Shown: in pieces, positions 18,011-27,765 of the stretch
How the letters are laid out: every line of letters starts with the position of its first letter
How positions within the stretch are numbered: the first letter of the stretch is position 1
From: an uncultured Rhodospirillaceae bacterium
Lineage (GTDB): Bacteria; Pseudomonadota; Alphaproteobacteria; CAAGCB01; CAG-977
Reading direction: 5' to 3'
Assembly (NCBI GenBank): GCA_900550445.1
Contig: URSF01000001.1
Coordinates: 223-64,222, forward strand
Length of the DNA: 64,000 bases
Made by a program: the position numbers and the translations under genes
Notes under the pieces: model-generated
The model's input: the letters and a program-made list of their open reading frames with translations, nothing else
What the model was told of the DNA's origin: nothing
The model's database searches: none

Positions 18011-18331
18011 ATGGCTTGGATTTACCTGCTGGGGGCCGGCATCTTTGAAATGGTGTGGGTCGTTGCGATGAAATATGCGGAAGGTTTTACGAAAATCGTA
18101 CCGTCTGTCATTATGATTATCGGCATGATCTTCAGTGTCGGCCTTTTGGGGTTGGCCGTTAAAACGATTCCGCTGGGAACAGGGTATGCGATTTGGACAG
18201 GAATTGGCGCTGTCGGCGCAGTTACTTACGGCATGATTTTTTTCGGTGAACCGGTAACGGTGCTGCGCCTGACTTTTGTCGCAATGATTATCGTCGGTCT
18301 GGTCGGATTGAAACTGGTATCCGCCCCTTAA
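18011..18331 (+). CDS. sugE: SMR-family exporter (SugE/Gdx-like)
   Basis: 106 aa with four TM helices. MAWIYLLGAGIFEMVWVVAMKYAEGFT contains the essential Glu. Confidence 0.85.
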   Translation: MAWIYLLGAGIFEMVWVVAMKYAEGFTKIVPSVIMIIGMIFSVGLLGLAVKTIPLGTGYAIWTGIGAVGAVTYGMIFFGEPVTVLRLTFVAMIIVGLVGLKLVSAP

Positions 18332-18813
18332 CCGTTTCTGACGGCTTCAATAAAGGGCATGAATTCATCGACGACATGACGATAAACGTCTTTTTTAAAA
18401 GCAACGATCATGTCAACGATCTTTTCCGCCGGCGTCCATTGCCATTGGTTGAATTCGGCGTCCGGTTTGTCCAGATTGATTTCACTTTCCCGGCCGGTAA
18501 ACTGAAATAAAAACCATTTCTGCGTCTGTCCGACAAAAGCTTTTTTCTTTTCGCTGAGGAACTGGACGCCCGCCGGAAAATCATAAGAATACCAATGTTT
18601 GCTTTCCGCGATTAAGGCGACGGAAGAAATATTCGTTTCTTCATATAATTCGCGCAAAGCGGCGTCATATTCGTCTTCGCCTTTATCAATTCCGCCTTGC
18701 GGCATCTGCCAAGCCTGTTTGCGCGAATCGGTGCGGTGTGCCATAAAAACGTCGCCGCGGTTATTCAGCAGCATAATGCCGACATTGGGACGGTAGAGCT
18801 TTTTTTGTTTCAT
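18328..18813 (-). CDS. rppH: RNA pyrophosphohydrolase RppH (Nudix)
   Basis: YRPNVGIMLL...WQMPQGGIDKGEDEYDAALRELYEETN Nudix box. The ATG at 18813 forms an ATGA overlap with the yibQ-like stop. Confidence 0.9.
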   Translation of the reverse strand: MKQKKLYRPNVGIMLLNNRGDVFMAHRTDSRKQAWQMPQGGIDKGEDEYDAALRELYEETNISSVALIAESKHWYSYDFPAGVQFLSEKKKAFVGQTQKWFLFQFTGRESEINLDKPDAEFNQWQWTPAEKIVDMIVAFKKDVYRHVVDEFMPFIEAVRNG

Positions 18814-20426
18814 TTTTCGGCCTCTTTTTGTTGAACATAATAGGACAACGGCACAAAAGTAATTTCGGGAACAGGTTTTTCTTCCGTCGGGGCGAAAGAT
18901 TTGATCCATTCTTCCACAACCAGCAGCGTAATGGGAACCGTTTCCACACGGACAAAAGCAGATCCCGTTTTTAACGCGATTTGGCGCGCTTGTTCCAGTC
19001 TGGCACGGATCGCCGCCCGGTGGAAGTTTTCGGCAATATGAACGTCTGGGCGAACGGCTTTTTTGAATTTGGGCATACGCGGATTGTCCGTTCCGTCAAT
19101 ATAAACCAACCCGCGCTGTATGATTTCATCAAAGAACGGCTTCATCTGAGTACCCGAATAGGAAAAGTTTTCCTTTGCCGCGGCGCTGACTCCGATCAAT
19201 GCAACGCCTTGCCCCAGAACTTTGTGCAGGCGCTTTCTGTTTTCCTGTTCAGGTAACCCGGATACCAATCCCAGCGGCCCCGGATCCGTATCCGGAAAAA
19301 CGCCCTGCTGCATCGGCATGTCCAGCAGAGTTTCGTGCCCGGTCCGCCGGGCGGCGGCAACATAGTTTTTCAGTTTGTCGGCATAAGGGCTGAAAGAAAG
19401 GGAAACGATTTCGGGCAAAGTATTGATCGCGGCCTCTGTCGCGTTTGTTCTTTTGCCCAACCCGGAAAACAGAACGGCGATATACGGCGTCTGCGGGGGC
19501 AGGTTTACTTGCCGGCTGTAGGCTAAAAAGGGCGTGCTGTCGCCGTTTTTGACGGGCAGCTTGCCGTAGCGGGAATCTTCCAGCAATTCGGGCAGAGGAT
19601 CGATAATATGCAAAGGAATGGCATTTGCCGGCGTGCCTTTTTTGATTAAGGCAAAGTCCGGCAGGGAATCAATCAGGTTTGTTTTGATTAAATCCGGCGG
19701 CGGCACTTCGTTGTCATATGGTATGACGGGAATGTGTCCGGGTTCTGTCAATTTTAATTTTTTGGAACCGCCGGTTTCCGAAACGGCAGGTTCGGCGGGA
19801 ATCCTTATTTTCTTTTCCGTTTCTGCGGCCGGTTTTTCTGCCGGCTGCGCGGCGGGGGCGGGCTGTTGTTCCGCCTGTTCTGATTTGACGGCTTCAAATG
19901 AGGCCAGAGCCGCTTCCAAATCGTCCAGAGCTGTCAGTTTTTTATTTTCCAGTTCATCGCGTTCTTTTTGTAAATCGGCGATTTCCTCCAGTTTTTTTTG
20001 ATCGCTCAGATCTTTTTCCCGCTGCAGCTGCCGCAAAGCGGGCGATTCGGGCAAAACGGGCTGTTCCGGAACGGTTGCAACCATTTCCTGCAAGGCGACG
20101 GCCGTTTTTTCCATTGTCTTTTTTTCCTGTTCCAGCCGCTCGATCAGTTCGGCGTTTTCCGCCTGAACGTCTTTCGGTTCCGTTTTCTTTTCCGGCGGCT
20201 GGGGATCGATCAGGGATTGACGGGAAACGTTTTTATCCTTTGCCGTCAGATAATAGGTCGCCGTAATGGCCGGAGAACGAAAAAAATCAATATAAAGGCC
20301 ATAGATCATACATAAAAAAGAAACCGCCGCCAGAAAAGAAACGACAGTGAACGCCCGTTTTTTTCCGGCGGTTAATCCTTCTTTGGAAAAAGGAGAAGTT
20401 TCGGCTTTTTTTTCGGAAAGCGACAT
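18810..20426 (-). CDS. divergent polysaccharide deacetylase family protein (YibQ-like) with long N-terminal extension
   Basis: One TM helix, an acidic coiled-coil and Pro/Ala linker, then a YibQ-like C-terminal domain (IAVLFSGLG...SFSPY...GHETLLDMPMQ...DPGPLGL). Confidence 0.75.
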   Translation of the reverse strand: MSLSEKKAETSPFSKEGLTAGKKRAFTVVSFLAAVSFLCMIYGLYIDFFRSPAITATYYLTAKDKNVSRQSLIDPQPPEKKTEPKDVQAENAELIERLEQEKKTMEKTAVALQEMVATVPEQPVLPESPALRQLQREKDLSDQKKLEEIADLQKERDELENKKLTALDDLEAALASFEAVKSEQAEQQPAPAAQPAEKPAAETEKKIRIPAEPAVSETGGSKKLKLTEPGHIPVIPYDNEVPPPDLIKTNLIDSLPDFALIKKGTPANAIPLHIIDPLPELLEDSRYGKLPVKNGDSTPFLAYSRQVNLPPQTPYIAVLFSGLGKRTNATEAAINTLPEIVSLSFSPYADKLKNYVAAARRTGHETLLDMPMQQGVFPDTDPGPLGLVSGLPEQENRKRLHKVLGQGVALIGVSAAAKENFSYSGTQMKPFFDEIIQRGLVYIDGTDNPRMPKFKKAVRPDVHIAENFHRAAIRARLEQARQIALKTGSAFVRVETVPITLLVVEEWIKSFAPTEEKPVPEITFVPLSYYVQQKEAEK

Positions 20427-20428
20427 TT

Positions 20429-21799
20429 TTATTCCGATCCCGACTGATAAATACCCATCGCTTTAACGATGTCAATCGCCCGGTCAAGCTGATAATCTTC
20501 AATCTTTTTTTCTTCTTTGGGCTTTTCGTCAAACGGATCGGGATCTTTTCCTTTTGTTTTTGCCTTCTTTTCCTTTTTTTCCTTTAACGTCTTGTTTTTG
20601 GACGACGTTTTGTCTTCGTCCTGTTTTGCCAGCGCATTGGGAAGAGTCGCTTCGGCAAAATCGTCGGAACGAAAAGCGTAATATTCGACATGACCCGGCG
20701 GAATTTCAATATCGGGTTCAATGCCTTTTGCCTGAATGGACCGGCCTGACGGCGTGTAATACCTTGCCGTCGTCAAACGGATCGCCCCGAACCCCGTAAT
20801 GGGAATGACCGTCTGGACGGATCCTTTACCAAATGAACGCATGCCGACGACAACGGCGCGTTTATGATCCTGCAGGGCGCCGGCAACAATTTCCGCGGCC
20901 GAAGCAGATCCTTCGTTAATCAGAACGACAATCGGCTTGTGTTTGGTAATGTCGCCTTTCGTCGCACTGTAACGCTGCATTTCGTCATCGCGACGCGGGC
21001 GGGTGGAAACGATTTCGCCTTCTTCCAAAAACAAATCGGCGACCGATACGGCCTGATCCAGCAGTCCGCCCGGGTTGTTGCGCAGATCAAGAACATAACC
21101 GGACAAGTCTTCGTTTTCTTTTTGAATTTTTTCAACGGCTTTTTTCACGTCGTCGGTTGTCGTTTCGGAAAAAGAAGAAATACGAATATAACCGACGGAC
21201 GGATCTTTTTCTTCGGTTTTGACGGAACGGATTTTAATGTTGTCGCGTGTCAGCGTGACGTCGAACGGTTCTTTGTTTTTTCTGCGGATTGTCAGTTTGA
21301 CTTTTGAATTCAGAGGACCGCGCATTTTGTCGACCGCCTGCGTCAACGTTTCGCCCAGAACGGTTGTTCCGTCGATATGCGTGATATAATCGCCGGCCTG
21401 CAGTCCCGCTTTGAACGCGGGCGTATCGTCGATCGGGGAAATGATTTTAATCCAGCCGTTATCCATTGTGACTTCAATGCCCAGCCCGCCGAATTCGCCG
21501 GTCGTTTGTTCGCGCATGTCCCGGAACGTTGCGGCGTCCAGATAGGACGAATGCGGATCCAGAGAAGACAGCATTCCGTTAATGGCATATTCGATCAGTT
21601 TATCTTCGGAAACTTCTTCGACGTAATCTGTTTTTGCGCGTTTCAGCGTTTCGCTGAAAATATTTAAGTATTTGTAAACCAGAGCGGATTGTTCTTCTTT
21701 GCTTTTTTCATCTTTGTCTGCTTTTTCCTTTGCCGTTGCGGGGCCGGAACATAAAAGAGCCAGTAATATCGTCGAAACCGTCAAACCGAAGCGTTTCAT
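20429..21799 (-). CDS. ctpA: carboxy-terminal processing protease (S41)
   Basis: Signal peptide, PDZ domain, and an S41 core (LRNNPGGLL, GSASAAEIVAGALQD, SFGKGSVQ). Lys-rich insertion near the C-terminus. Confidence 0.9.
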   Translation of the reverse strand: MKRFGLTVSTILLALLCSGPATAKEKADKDEKSKEEQSALVYKYLNIFSETLKRAKTDYVEEVSEDKLIEYAINGMLSSLDPHSSYLDAATFRDMREQTTGEFGGLGIEVTMDNGWIKIISPIDDTPAFKAGLQAGDYITHIDGTTVLGETLTQAVDKMRGPLNSKVKLTIRRKNKEPFDVTLTRDNIKIRSVKTEEKDPSVGYIRISSFSETTTDDVKKAVEKIQKENEDLSGYVLDLRNNPGGLLDQAVSVADLFLEEGEIVSTRPRRDDEMQRYSATKGDITKHKPIVVLINEGSASAAEIVAGALQDHKRAVVVGMRSFGKGSVQTVIPITGFGAIRLTTARYYTPSGRSIQAKGIEPDIEIPPGHVEYYAFRSDDFAEATLPNALAKQDEDKTSSKNKTLKEKKEKKAKTKGKDPDPFDEKPKEEKKIEDYQLDRAIDIVKAMGIYQSGSE

Positions 21800-21810
21800 G
21801 TTTTTTTCCT

Positions 21811-22986
21811 TTATCCTTTGTTTCCCTGTTTCAGCCAGCCGGCAGGATTGATCGGCTGTCCGTTCTTTCTTAACTCAATATACAACGTTGGTTTTGATTG
21901 CGCTACCATTATTCCGACGGGTTCCCCGGCCAGCAGGGATTGCCCGACGGACGTATCCAATCGTCCGATACCCGCCAACAGCGTATGATAACCGTCGCCG
22001 TGTTCGATAATGACCAACTGACCGTATCCGCGGAACGGCCCCGCGAATAAAACCGTGCCGTCATAAGGCGAAATCACCTGCGCGTTCGGGCGGGTTCTGA
22101 TTGTAATTCCGCGGGACGTGACGCCGGCTTCGACGGGGTCGCCGTATTTTTTGATGATATTCCCTTTAACCGGATAGGGAATCCGGCCTTTAGCCGCCAT
22201 AAACGCGCCTGTCGGCACACCGGTATCTTTGGAAACGGTGGCGCGGCGTTTGCTGTCGGCTTCCAGTTTTGCCAGCAGTTCCTTCAGGTCGCCGGCCTGT
22301 TTTGCCAGATTTTCAGCCCGTGTTTTCGCGCGGGAACTTTCGCTGGCGAAAGCCGTTTGCAGCTGTGATTTTTTCTTGATCAGCACGTTCATGCCGCGCC
22401 GTTTTTCGTCCAGCCGCTGCGTCATGGTTTTAATTTGCGCATACTGCGCGCGGATTGCGGTTGTCAGGCTGGCGACTTTATTTAAGTCTTTACGCAGCCC
22501 TTCCGTTGAATATTCCAGCTGCGGCACGGCTTCACGCAGCAAAAGAGCACTGCGCAGCGTGTCCTGCGGCGCTAAAGGCTGGGCGATCAGAGCTTCCGTC
22601 GGTTTGAAAGCCAAAGACTGCAAAGCCGCCAAAACCCGCATGCGCTGGGCTTTGCGAACTTCCAGCCTTTTTTTCATCAGGCTTTGCTGCGCTTCAAATT
22701 CCGCCAGCTTTTGTTCCAACCGGTCCAGACTTTCTTCCTGTTCCTGAATGGAACTGGCTGCCGCGACCATTTTTCTGCGCACGTCCAGAATTTCTTTTTG
22801 AACGGTCCGGGCTTTTTCACGCAGCTTTTTGTGTTCTTTTTCGGCCTGTTTGATCTGACTGGTCACCCGGGATAATTCGGATTTCGCCGAATCGGGATTG
22901 TTCTGCGCCGCCGAAGCAAAAGACGACACAACCGCCCCTGCCGCAAAGACAAGGAAAAACAGCCGTGTCGTCTTTTTAAAAGTCAT
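21811..22986 (-). CDS. envC: murein hydrolase activator EnvC-like (coiled coil + M23/LytM domain)
   Basis: Signal peptide, about 230 aa of coiled coil, and a C-terminal LytM domain (GITIRTRPNAQVISPYDGTVLFAGPFRGYGQLVIIEHGDGYHTLL). Confidence 0.85.
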   Translation of the reverse strand: MTFKKTTRLFFLVFAAGAVVSSFASAAQNNPDSAKSELSRVTSQIKQAEKEHKKLREKARTVQKEILDVRRKMVAAASSIQEQEESLDRLEQKLAEFEAQQSLMKKRLEVRKAQRMRVLAALQSLAFKPTEALIAQPLAPQDTLRSALLLREAVPQLEYSTEGLRKDLNKVASLTTAIRAQYAQIKTMTQRLDEKRRGMNVLIKKKSQLQTAFASESSRAKTRAENLAKQAGDLKELLAKLEADSKRRATVSKDTGVPTGAFMAAKGRIPYPVKGNIIKKYGDPVEAGVTSRGITIRTRPNAQVISPYDGTVLFAGPFRGYGQLVIIEHGDGYHTLLAGIGRLDTSVGQSLLAGEPVGIMVAQSKPTLYIELRKNGQPINPAGWLKQGNKG

Positions 22987-22989
22987 CAG

Positions 22990-24549
22990 TTACTTTACCA
23001 GCAGCGATTTTCCGGTCATTTCCGCGGGCTGATCCAGATGCAGCAGTTCCAGCAAAGTCGGCGCCAAGTCTGCCAGACGGCCGCCCTGACGCAGTTTATA
23101 GCCGTTTTTGTCGTTAAACAAAACGACGGGAACTTCAAACGTTGTGTGGGCCGTATAGGGCGCGCCCGTTTTTTCGTCTTTCATCAGTTCGCAGTTGCCG
23201 TGATCCGCCGTGATCAGCATAACGCCGCCGGCGTTTTTGATCGCTTCTTCCAGCCGGCCCAGACATTTGTCGACGGCTTCGGCGGCTTTGACGGCGGCTT
23301 CCATAATGCCGGTATGACCGACCATGTCGCCGTTGGCAAAGTTGACGATAATCACGTCAAATTTGCCGGCATTAATCGAATCGACCAGCGCGTCGCAGAC
23401 TTCAAAAGCACTCATTTCCGGCTTTAAGTCGTAAGTGGCGACTTTCGGCGACGGGATTAAAATACGTTCTTCTCCTTTAAACAGACGTTCTTCCCCGCCG
23501 TTGAAGAAGAAAGTGACATGCGCGTATTTTTCCGTTTCCGCGATACGCAGCTGAGTCAGTCCGGCATTGGAAACGACTTCGCCGAAAATGTTGCTCAGCT
23601 GTTCGGGCGGAAAGATCGGTTTGACAAAACGGTCGTGATCGACGGAATACTGCGTCATGCCGACGACAGAGGCGAAATTAACCGTTTTGGGACGTTTGAA
23701 TTTGTCGAATTTCGTATCGGCCAGCGCGTACATGATTTCGCGTGCACGGTCGGAACGGAAGTTCGCGAACAGCAATCCGTCGCCGTCATTCATGCCGTGA
23801 TAATCGCCGATAACGGCCGGCAGGACGAATTCGTCGTAAACTTTTTGTTTATAGGAAGCGTCAACGGCTTCTTCGGCCGTGTGCATACGCACGCCGTCGC
23901 CCAGCATTAAAGCGTTATAGGCCAATTCGATGCGTTCCCAGCGGTTATCGCGATCCATCGCGTAATAGCGGCCGGCAACGGTAACGATTTTAACGTTGTT
24001 CATCGCCTTTGTTTTTTCTTCAAAGTCTTTGATATAACTCAAAGCGGAATCGGGCGGGACGTCGCGGCCGTCCAGAAAAGCGTGCACGTCGACGGGAATC
24101 CCCGCGTCGCTGAGGATTTTTGCCAACGCGATGATATGATTCATATGAGAATGTACGCCGCCGGGGCTCATCAATCCCATTAAATGGCAGGTTCCTTTGG
24201 AAGCTTTTAAAGAATCGATCAAATCAACGACGGCGGGCTGTTTGGCCAAAGAACCGTCCTGCGCGGCCTGGTCGATTTTCGGCAGATCCTGCATGACGAC
24301 GCGGCCGGCGCCGATGTTCATATGGCCGACTTCGGAATTTCCCATCTGACCTTTGGGCAGCCCGACGTCCAGCCCCGACGTGGCGATCAGCGTATTCGGA
24401 CACGCGGAAACCAGACGGTGCCAGTTCGGTGTGTTTCCCGTTTCAATGGCGTTGTTTTCTTTGCTGTCGCGATGTCCCCAGCCGTCCAGAATACACAGCA
24501 TGACGGGACGGGGTCTTTTGGTTTCTTCCATTGTTTTTTCTCCGTTCAA
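22990..24549 (-). CDS. gpmI: 2,3-bisphosphoglycerate-independent phosphoglycerate mutase
   Basis: ILDGWG, NSEVGHMNIGAGR and ITADHGN motifs. The start may be the internal ATG at 24531. Confidence 0.95.
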   Translation of the reverse strand: MNGEKTMEETKRPRPVMLCILDGWGHRDSKENNAIETGNTPNWHRLVSACPNTLIATSGLDVGLPKGQMGNSEVGHMNIGAGRVVMQDLPKIDQAAQDGSLAKQPAVVDLIDSLKASKGTCHLMGLMSPGGVHSHMNHIIALAKILSDAGIPVDVHAFLDGRDVPPDSALSYIKDFEEKTKAMNNVKIVTVAGRYYAMDRDNRWERIELAYNALMLGDGVRMHTAEEAVDASYKQKVYDEFVLPAVIGDYHGMNDGDGLLFANFRSDRAREIMYALADTKFDKFKRPKTVNFASVVGMTQYSVDHDRFVKPIFPPEQLSNIFGEVVSNAGLTQLRIAETEKYAHVTFFFNGGEERLFKGEERILIPSPKVATYDLKPEMSAFEVCDALVDSINAGKFDVIIVNFANGDMVGHTGIMEAAVKAAEAVDKCLGRLEEAIKNAGGVMLITADHGNCELMKDEKTGAPYTAHTTFEVPVVLFNDKNGYKLRQGGRLADLAPTLLELLHLDQPAEMTGKSLLVK

Positions 24550-24615
24550 AAAAAATCAAAAATCGAAGTTACTATAATACAAAACTTTTCTTTGCGCACT
24601 CTGAAAAAGAGGCGC

Positions 24616-26697
24616 TTACCAGAAAAGCTGTCCGCCGAAACTTAAGTCTACGGGAATATCGGCTTTTGATCCGAAAAAACAGGAAAAATCTAAAAAGACG
24701 GCAAATTTTTCACTGATTTCCGCACTCAGTCCGGCTCCGGTTTCGTAGATTGTGTCCGTCATGTCTTCGATAAAATCGTATCCGGCGAATCGGACGGTGC
24801 TCTTTTTGTTAAATTCCCGCAAAACGGCGGCTTTCAGATAAACTTCAAGAGGCGCCTGATTCGTTTCCCTGAAATTTTTTCCGCCCATAACGCCGGCACG
24901 TCCCATGATCGAATCGGCGTTTTTGCCAAAAACGGGCGTATTCATGTCCGTACGGTAAGATATATCAGGCAAACGCATATAATAAGCCTGCAGCTGCGGT
25001 TTGACAAACCAGCCGTTTTTTGAAAAGCGCCGTCCGGCAGCACCGGAAAAGCTCCAAGCATTCAAACTGTATTTTGATCCGACTTTAAAACCGTTGGCCA
25101 GATAGCTGTCGATTTTTTGTTTGTGATGATAAAAAACACCTTCCAAATTAAAAGTGTAATCGTTTTGCGTCGTTGCCGACGTATAAAGGCCGACGCTGTT
25201 TGTGTAAGAATGTCCTTTGCCGGGATTATTGAATTTTTGTTCCGATTGAGAATATCCCCAGTAAATTCCTGCGATCCATTCTTTAAAATAATCCTGTTCA
25301 ATCGGCAGGTCAAAACCGATCTGCGTGCCGCGGACGTTCAGGCGGCTTTTTGTATCGTCTTTGAAATTCAGACGGATTTCCCGTCCCGTTCCGCGGATCC
25401 ATAAGCCGGTTTTTTTGGTAAAGCGGACTTCCTCCAGCCGTCGTCCCAGACTGTGCAGATGTGCATAAAATATGGCGTTGACAGCCGCGAAAGTATTTTT
25501 GGCAACGATTGATCCGTCATTTAAGTATGGCGTTTTGTGCAGTTGCCATGTATCGCCGACATGCGCCAGATCATAACGATAAGCGCCGATATCCGCCGCG
25601 CCGCCGATCAGGTAAAAATTCTGATCGGCATTATCCGTATTGATCAGCGTCAGTGTTCCCGGAAAGTCTTCCGAAGCGCTGTAGTCATAAAAAGCAATGC
25701 CGTAAGTACCGCTGCCGTTTCCGACTTTTAAAACGTCGGCGACGTGTTCCGAAACAGTTGTCGTCAGCCGGAATGTTCCGGTGCCATTTAAATTGTCAAT
25801 GGGAATTTCAGCGGAACTGATTTTAATGTTCACGTTTCCGTTATCCAGCAGCAAATCAGGAAGAGAAATCCCGGAATACAAGTTTAAATCGCCGTTTTTA
25901 ACAGTGGTCTGTCCGCTCAAAGAAGCGCTGCCGTAAACAAAGGCCGCGCCGCCGTCAATCGTCAGATTCGTCACCGTCGCCATATCGTTGATTTCCAGTT
26001 CTCCGCCCTTTACAACAGGAGCCGCGGCGGAAGCCTCGCTGTAAATTATCTGCCGTCCGCCGGCTAAAACGGAATTTTCAACCCTGCCGTAAACGTTTTG
26101 CCGTCCGCCGTCAATATATGTGCCGACAGCGGCGGAACCGTCGTCAACCTGCTGAATCCCGCCGGCATGAATCATCGTACCGTTTGCCGTGCCGCCATTG
26201 GTGACGATCTGTGTTCCATTGTAAATTTGTGTGCCGTTGTCGGTCCCGTAAACGTACTGACGGCCTGTGTTTAAAATCGTATTGTTGGCTTCGGCGCCGT
26301 TCCGGATATAAAGCGTTCCGCCGTTAACCGTCGTTGTGTTGGCGCTGCCGGCATAAACGGACATTGAACCGTAGGCGTTGACGGTCGAAAAATTGGCCGT
26401 TCCGTATACTTTTTGAACGGCATTCTGCATAATGACGGAATTTTCAGATTGCCCGCCGGCGTTAACGGTTTGCTGGGCGTATGTGTAAATCGTCGAATTA
26501 AAGGAATTTCCGCCCGACATAATATTCTGCGTGCCGTAAACGATCATATCGTTAACGGTGCCATAGACGTTTTGGGTTACAACGGTGGGGACGTTTCCGC
26601 CGTTGATTGTCGTTCCTGCGTCAACAACAGACGTTATCGCCGCGGATTGTTTTGCGAAAAAACATAAAAAGGCCGCAAAGACAACTAAGCGTATCAT
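24616..26697 (-). CDS. autotransporter (type Va) with repeat-rich passenger and C-terminal beta-barrel
   Basis: Signal peptide MIRLVVFAAFLCFFAKQSAA. The passenger carries reiterated motifs of roughly 19-20 aa (VYGT..N.T.I..GG.Q.V..GG.A..T.). The C-terminal ~270 aa show alternating beta-strand pattern and end in ...SFGGQLFW. Confidence 0.85.
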   Translation of the reverse strand: MIRLVVFAAFLCFFAKQSAAITSVVDAGTTINGGNVPTVVTQNVYGTVNDMIVYGTQNIMSGGNSFNSTIYTYAQQTVNAGGQSENSVIMQNAVQKVYGTANFSTVNAYGSMSVYAGSANTTTVNGGTLYIRNGAEANNTILNTGRQYVYGTDNGTQIYNGTQIVTNGGTANGTMIHAGGIQQVDDGSAAVGTYIDGGRQNVYGRVENSVLAGGRQIIYSEASAAAPVVKGGELEINDMATVTNLTIDGGAAFVYGSASLSGQTTVKNGDLNLYSGISLPDLLLDNGNVNIKISSAEIPIDNLNGTGTFRLTTTVSEHVADVLKVGNGSGTYGIAFYDYSASEDFPGTLTLINTDNADQNFYLIGGAADIGAYRYDLAHVGDTWQLHKTPYLNDGSIVAKNTFAAVNAIFYAHLHSLGRRLEEVRFTKKTGLWIRGTGREIRLNFKDDTKSRLNVRGTQIGFDLPIEQDYFKEWIAGIYWGYSQSEQKFNNPGKGHSYTNSVGLYTSATTQNDYTFNLEGVFYHHKQKIDSYLANGFKVGSKYSLNAWSFSGAAGRRFSKNGWFVKPQLQAYYMRLPDISYRTDMNTPVFGKNADSIMGRAGVMGGKNFRETNQAPLEVYLKAAVLREFNKKSTVRFAGYDFIEDMTDTIYETGAGLSAEISEKFAVFLDFSCFFGSKADIPVDLSFGGQLFW

Positions 26698-26760
26698 TTT
26701 AAAATTCCTTATAATCTGCCGGAATTAAAGCATGTTTTCAGATAGAAAGGGATATATCTT

Positions 26761-27219
26761 TTATGCTCGGTGGTACGGGTGTCCGTCCAAAATAGTTTTT
26801 GCCCGGTAAATTTGTTCGGCCAGCATGACGCGCGCCAACATATGCGGCCAGGTCATTTCTCCGAACGCCAAAATCAGATCGGCTTTCTGCCTGATTTCTT
26901 CGCTGTGTCCGTCCGCGCCGCCGATCAGGAAAACAACCGCCGGAACGCTTTCGTCCTGCCAGTCGCCCAGCCGTTTGGCGAATTTTTCAGAGGATAACAA
27001 CTTTCCCCGTTCGTCCATGACAACGATTTTCGCCGCGGCGGGAACGGCGGAAAGCAGAAGAGCGCCTTCGCGTTTTTTGCGCTCTTCGACGGAACCGGGT
27101 TTTTTGTCTTCAAATTCACGCACGACAACGTTCCAGCGTGTCTGTTTGATGTATTTAGACAATAAATCCAGTTCCGGACTTGGTTTCATATGCCCGATGC
27201 AGGCAATGATAATATCCAT
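26761..27219 (-). CDS. rlmH: 23S rRNA (pseudouridine1915-N3)-methyltransferase RlmH
   Basis: MDIIIACIGHMK start and a SPOUT C-terminus (FLIGGADGHS...LSFGEMTWPH-like). The ATG at 27219 overlaps the rsfS stop (TAATG). Confidence 0.9.
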   Translation of the reverse strand: MDIIIACIGHMKPSPELDLLSKYIKQTRWNVVVREFEDKKPGSVEERKKREGALLLSAVPAAAKIVVMDERGKLLSSEKFAKRLGDWQDESVPAVVFLIGGADGHSEEIRQKADLILAFGEMTWPHMLARVMLAEQIYRAKTILDGHPYHRA

Positions 27220-27761
27220 TATTTTGTGCTGCGGCGCGGCGTTTCTTCGCCCCACAATTCTTCAATGCAGTAAAGTTCGCGCGTTTCGGGGTGGAACACA
27301 TGCACGATAACATCGCCCGCGTCAACAATGACCCAGTCGCCGACGTCTTCGCCTTCAATCGAAGCGGGCACGCCCGTCTTTTTTAAACGCAGCTGAACCT
27401 GTTCTGCCAAAGCCGTTACATGCCGCGGTGCGCGCCCCGTCGCAATCACCAGATAATCCGCGATCGCCGTTTTGCCGGTCAGATTGATGACCGTGATGTC
27501 TTCGGCTTTGCCGTTGGACAGCGTTTTTTCGATCAGCGCGACGATTTTCTTTTCTTCGGCGTTTTCTTTGGGTTTTGCGGCTTTTTTCAAAAGCTTTTCA
27601 TTTTTTTCTTTGGCTTTTAAAATCTTTTTAACCGTTTTTTTGACGGTTTTTTTGATTTCTTTTTTAGTCGCTTTGACGACTTTTTTTTCCGAAGCGGTTT
27701 TGTCGGTTTTTGTTGTTTTCTTTGCTTTTTCAGTCGTTTTATCGGATTTTTTTACGGGCAT
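27219..27761 (-). CDS. rsfS: ribosome silencing factor RsfS with Lys-rich N-terminal extension
   Basis: The C-terminal ~105 aa form a typical RsfS (DITVINLTGKTAIADYLVIATGRAPRHV...DWVIVDAGDVIVHVFHPETRELYCIEELW). The first ~70 aa are a KKTVKK-type low-complexity basic tract. Confidence 0.85.
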   Translation of the reverse strand: MPVKKSDKTTEKAKKTTKTDKTASEKKVVKATKKEIKKTVKKTVKKILKAKEKNEKLLKKAAKPKENAEEKKIVALIEKTLSNGKAEDITVINLTGKTAIADYLVIATGRAPRHVTALAEQVQLRLKKTGVPASIEGEDVGDWVIVDAGDVIVHVFHPETRELYCIEELWGEETPRRSTK

Positions 27762-27765
27762 GATT

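Noticed and set aside
27560-27761. Short tandem DNA repeats (tttttt-gac-ggt... units) that could be taken for a microsatellite or CRISPR-like array.
   Set aside because: They are the antisense of reiterated AAA/AAG Lys codons within the rsfS N-terminal extension. There is no spacer/repeat architecture.
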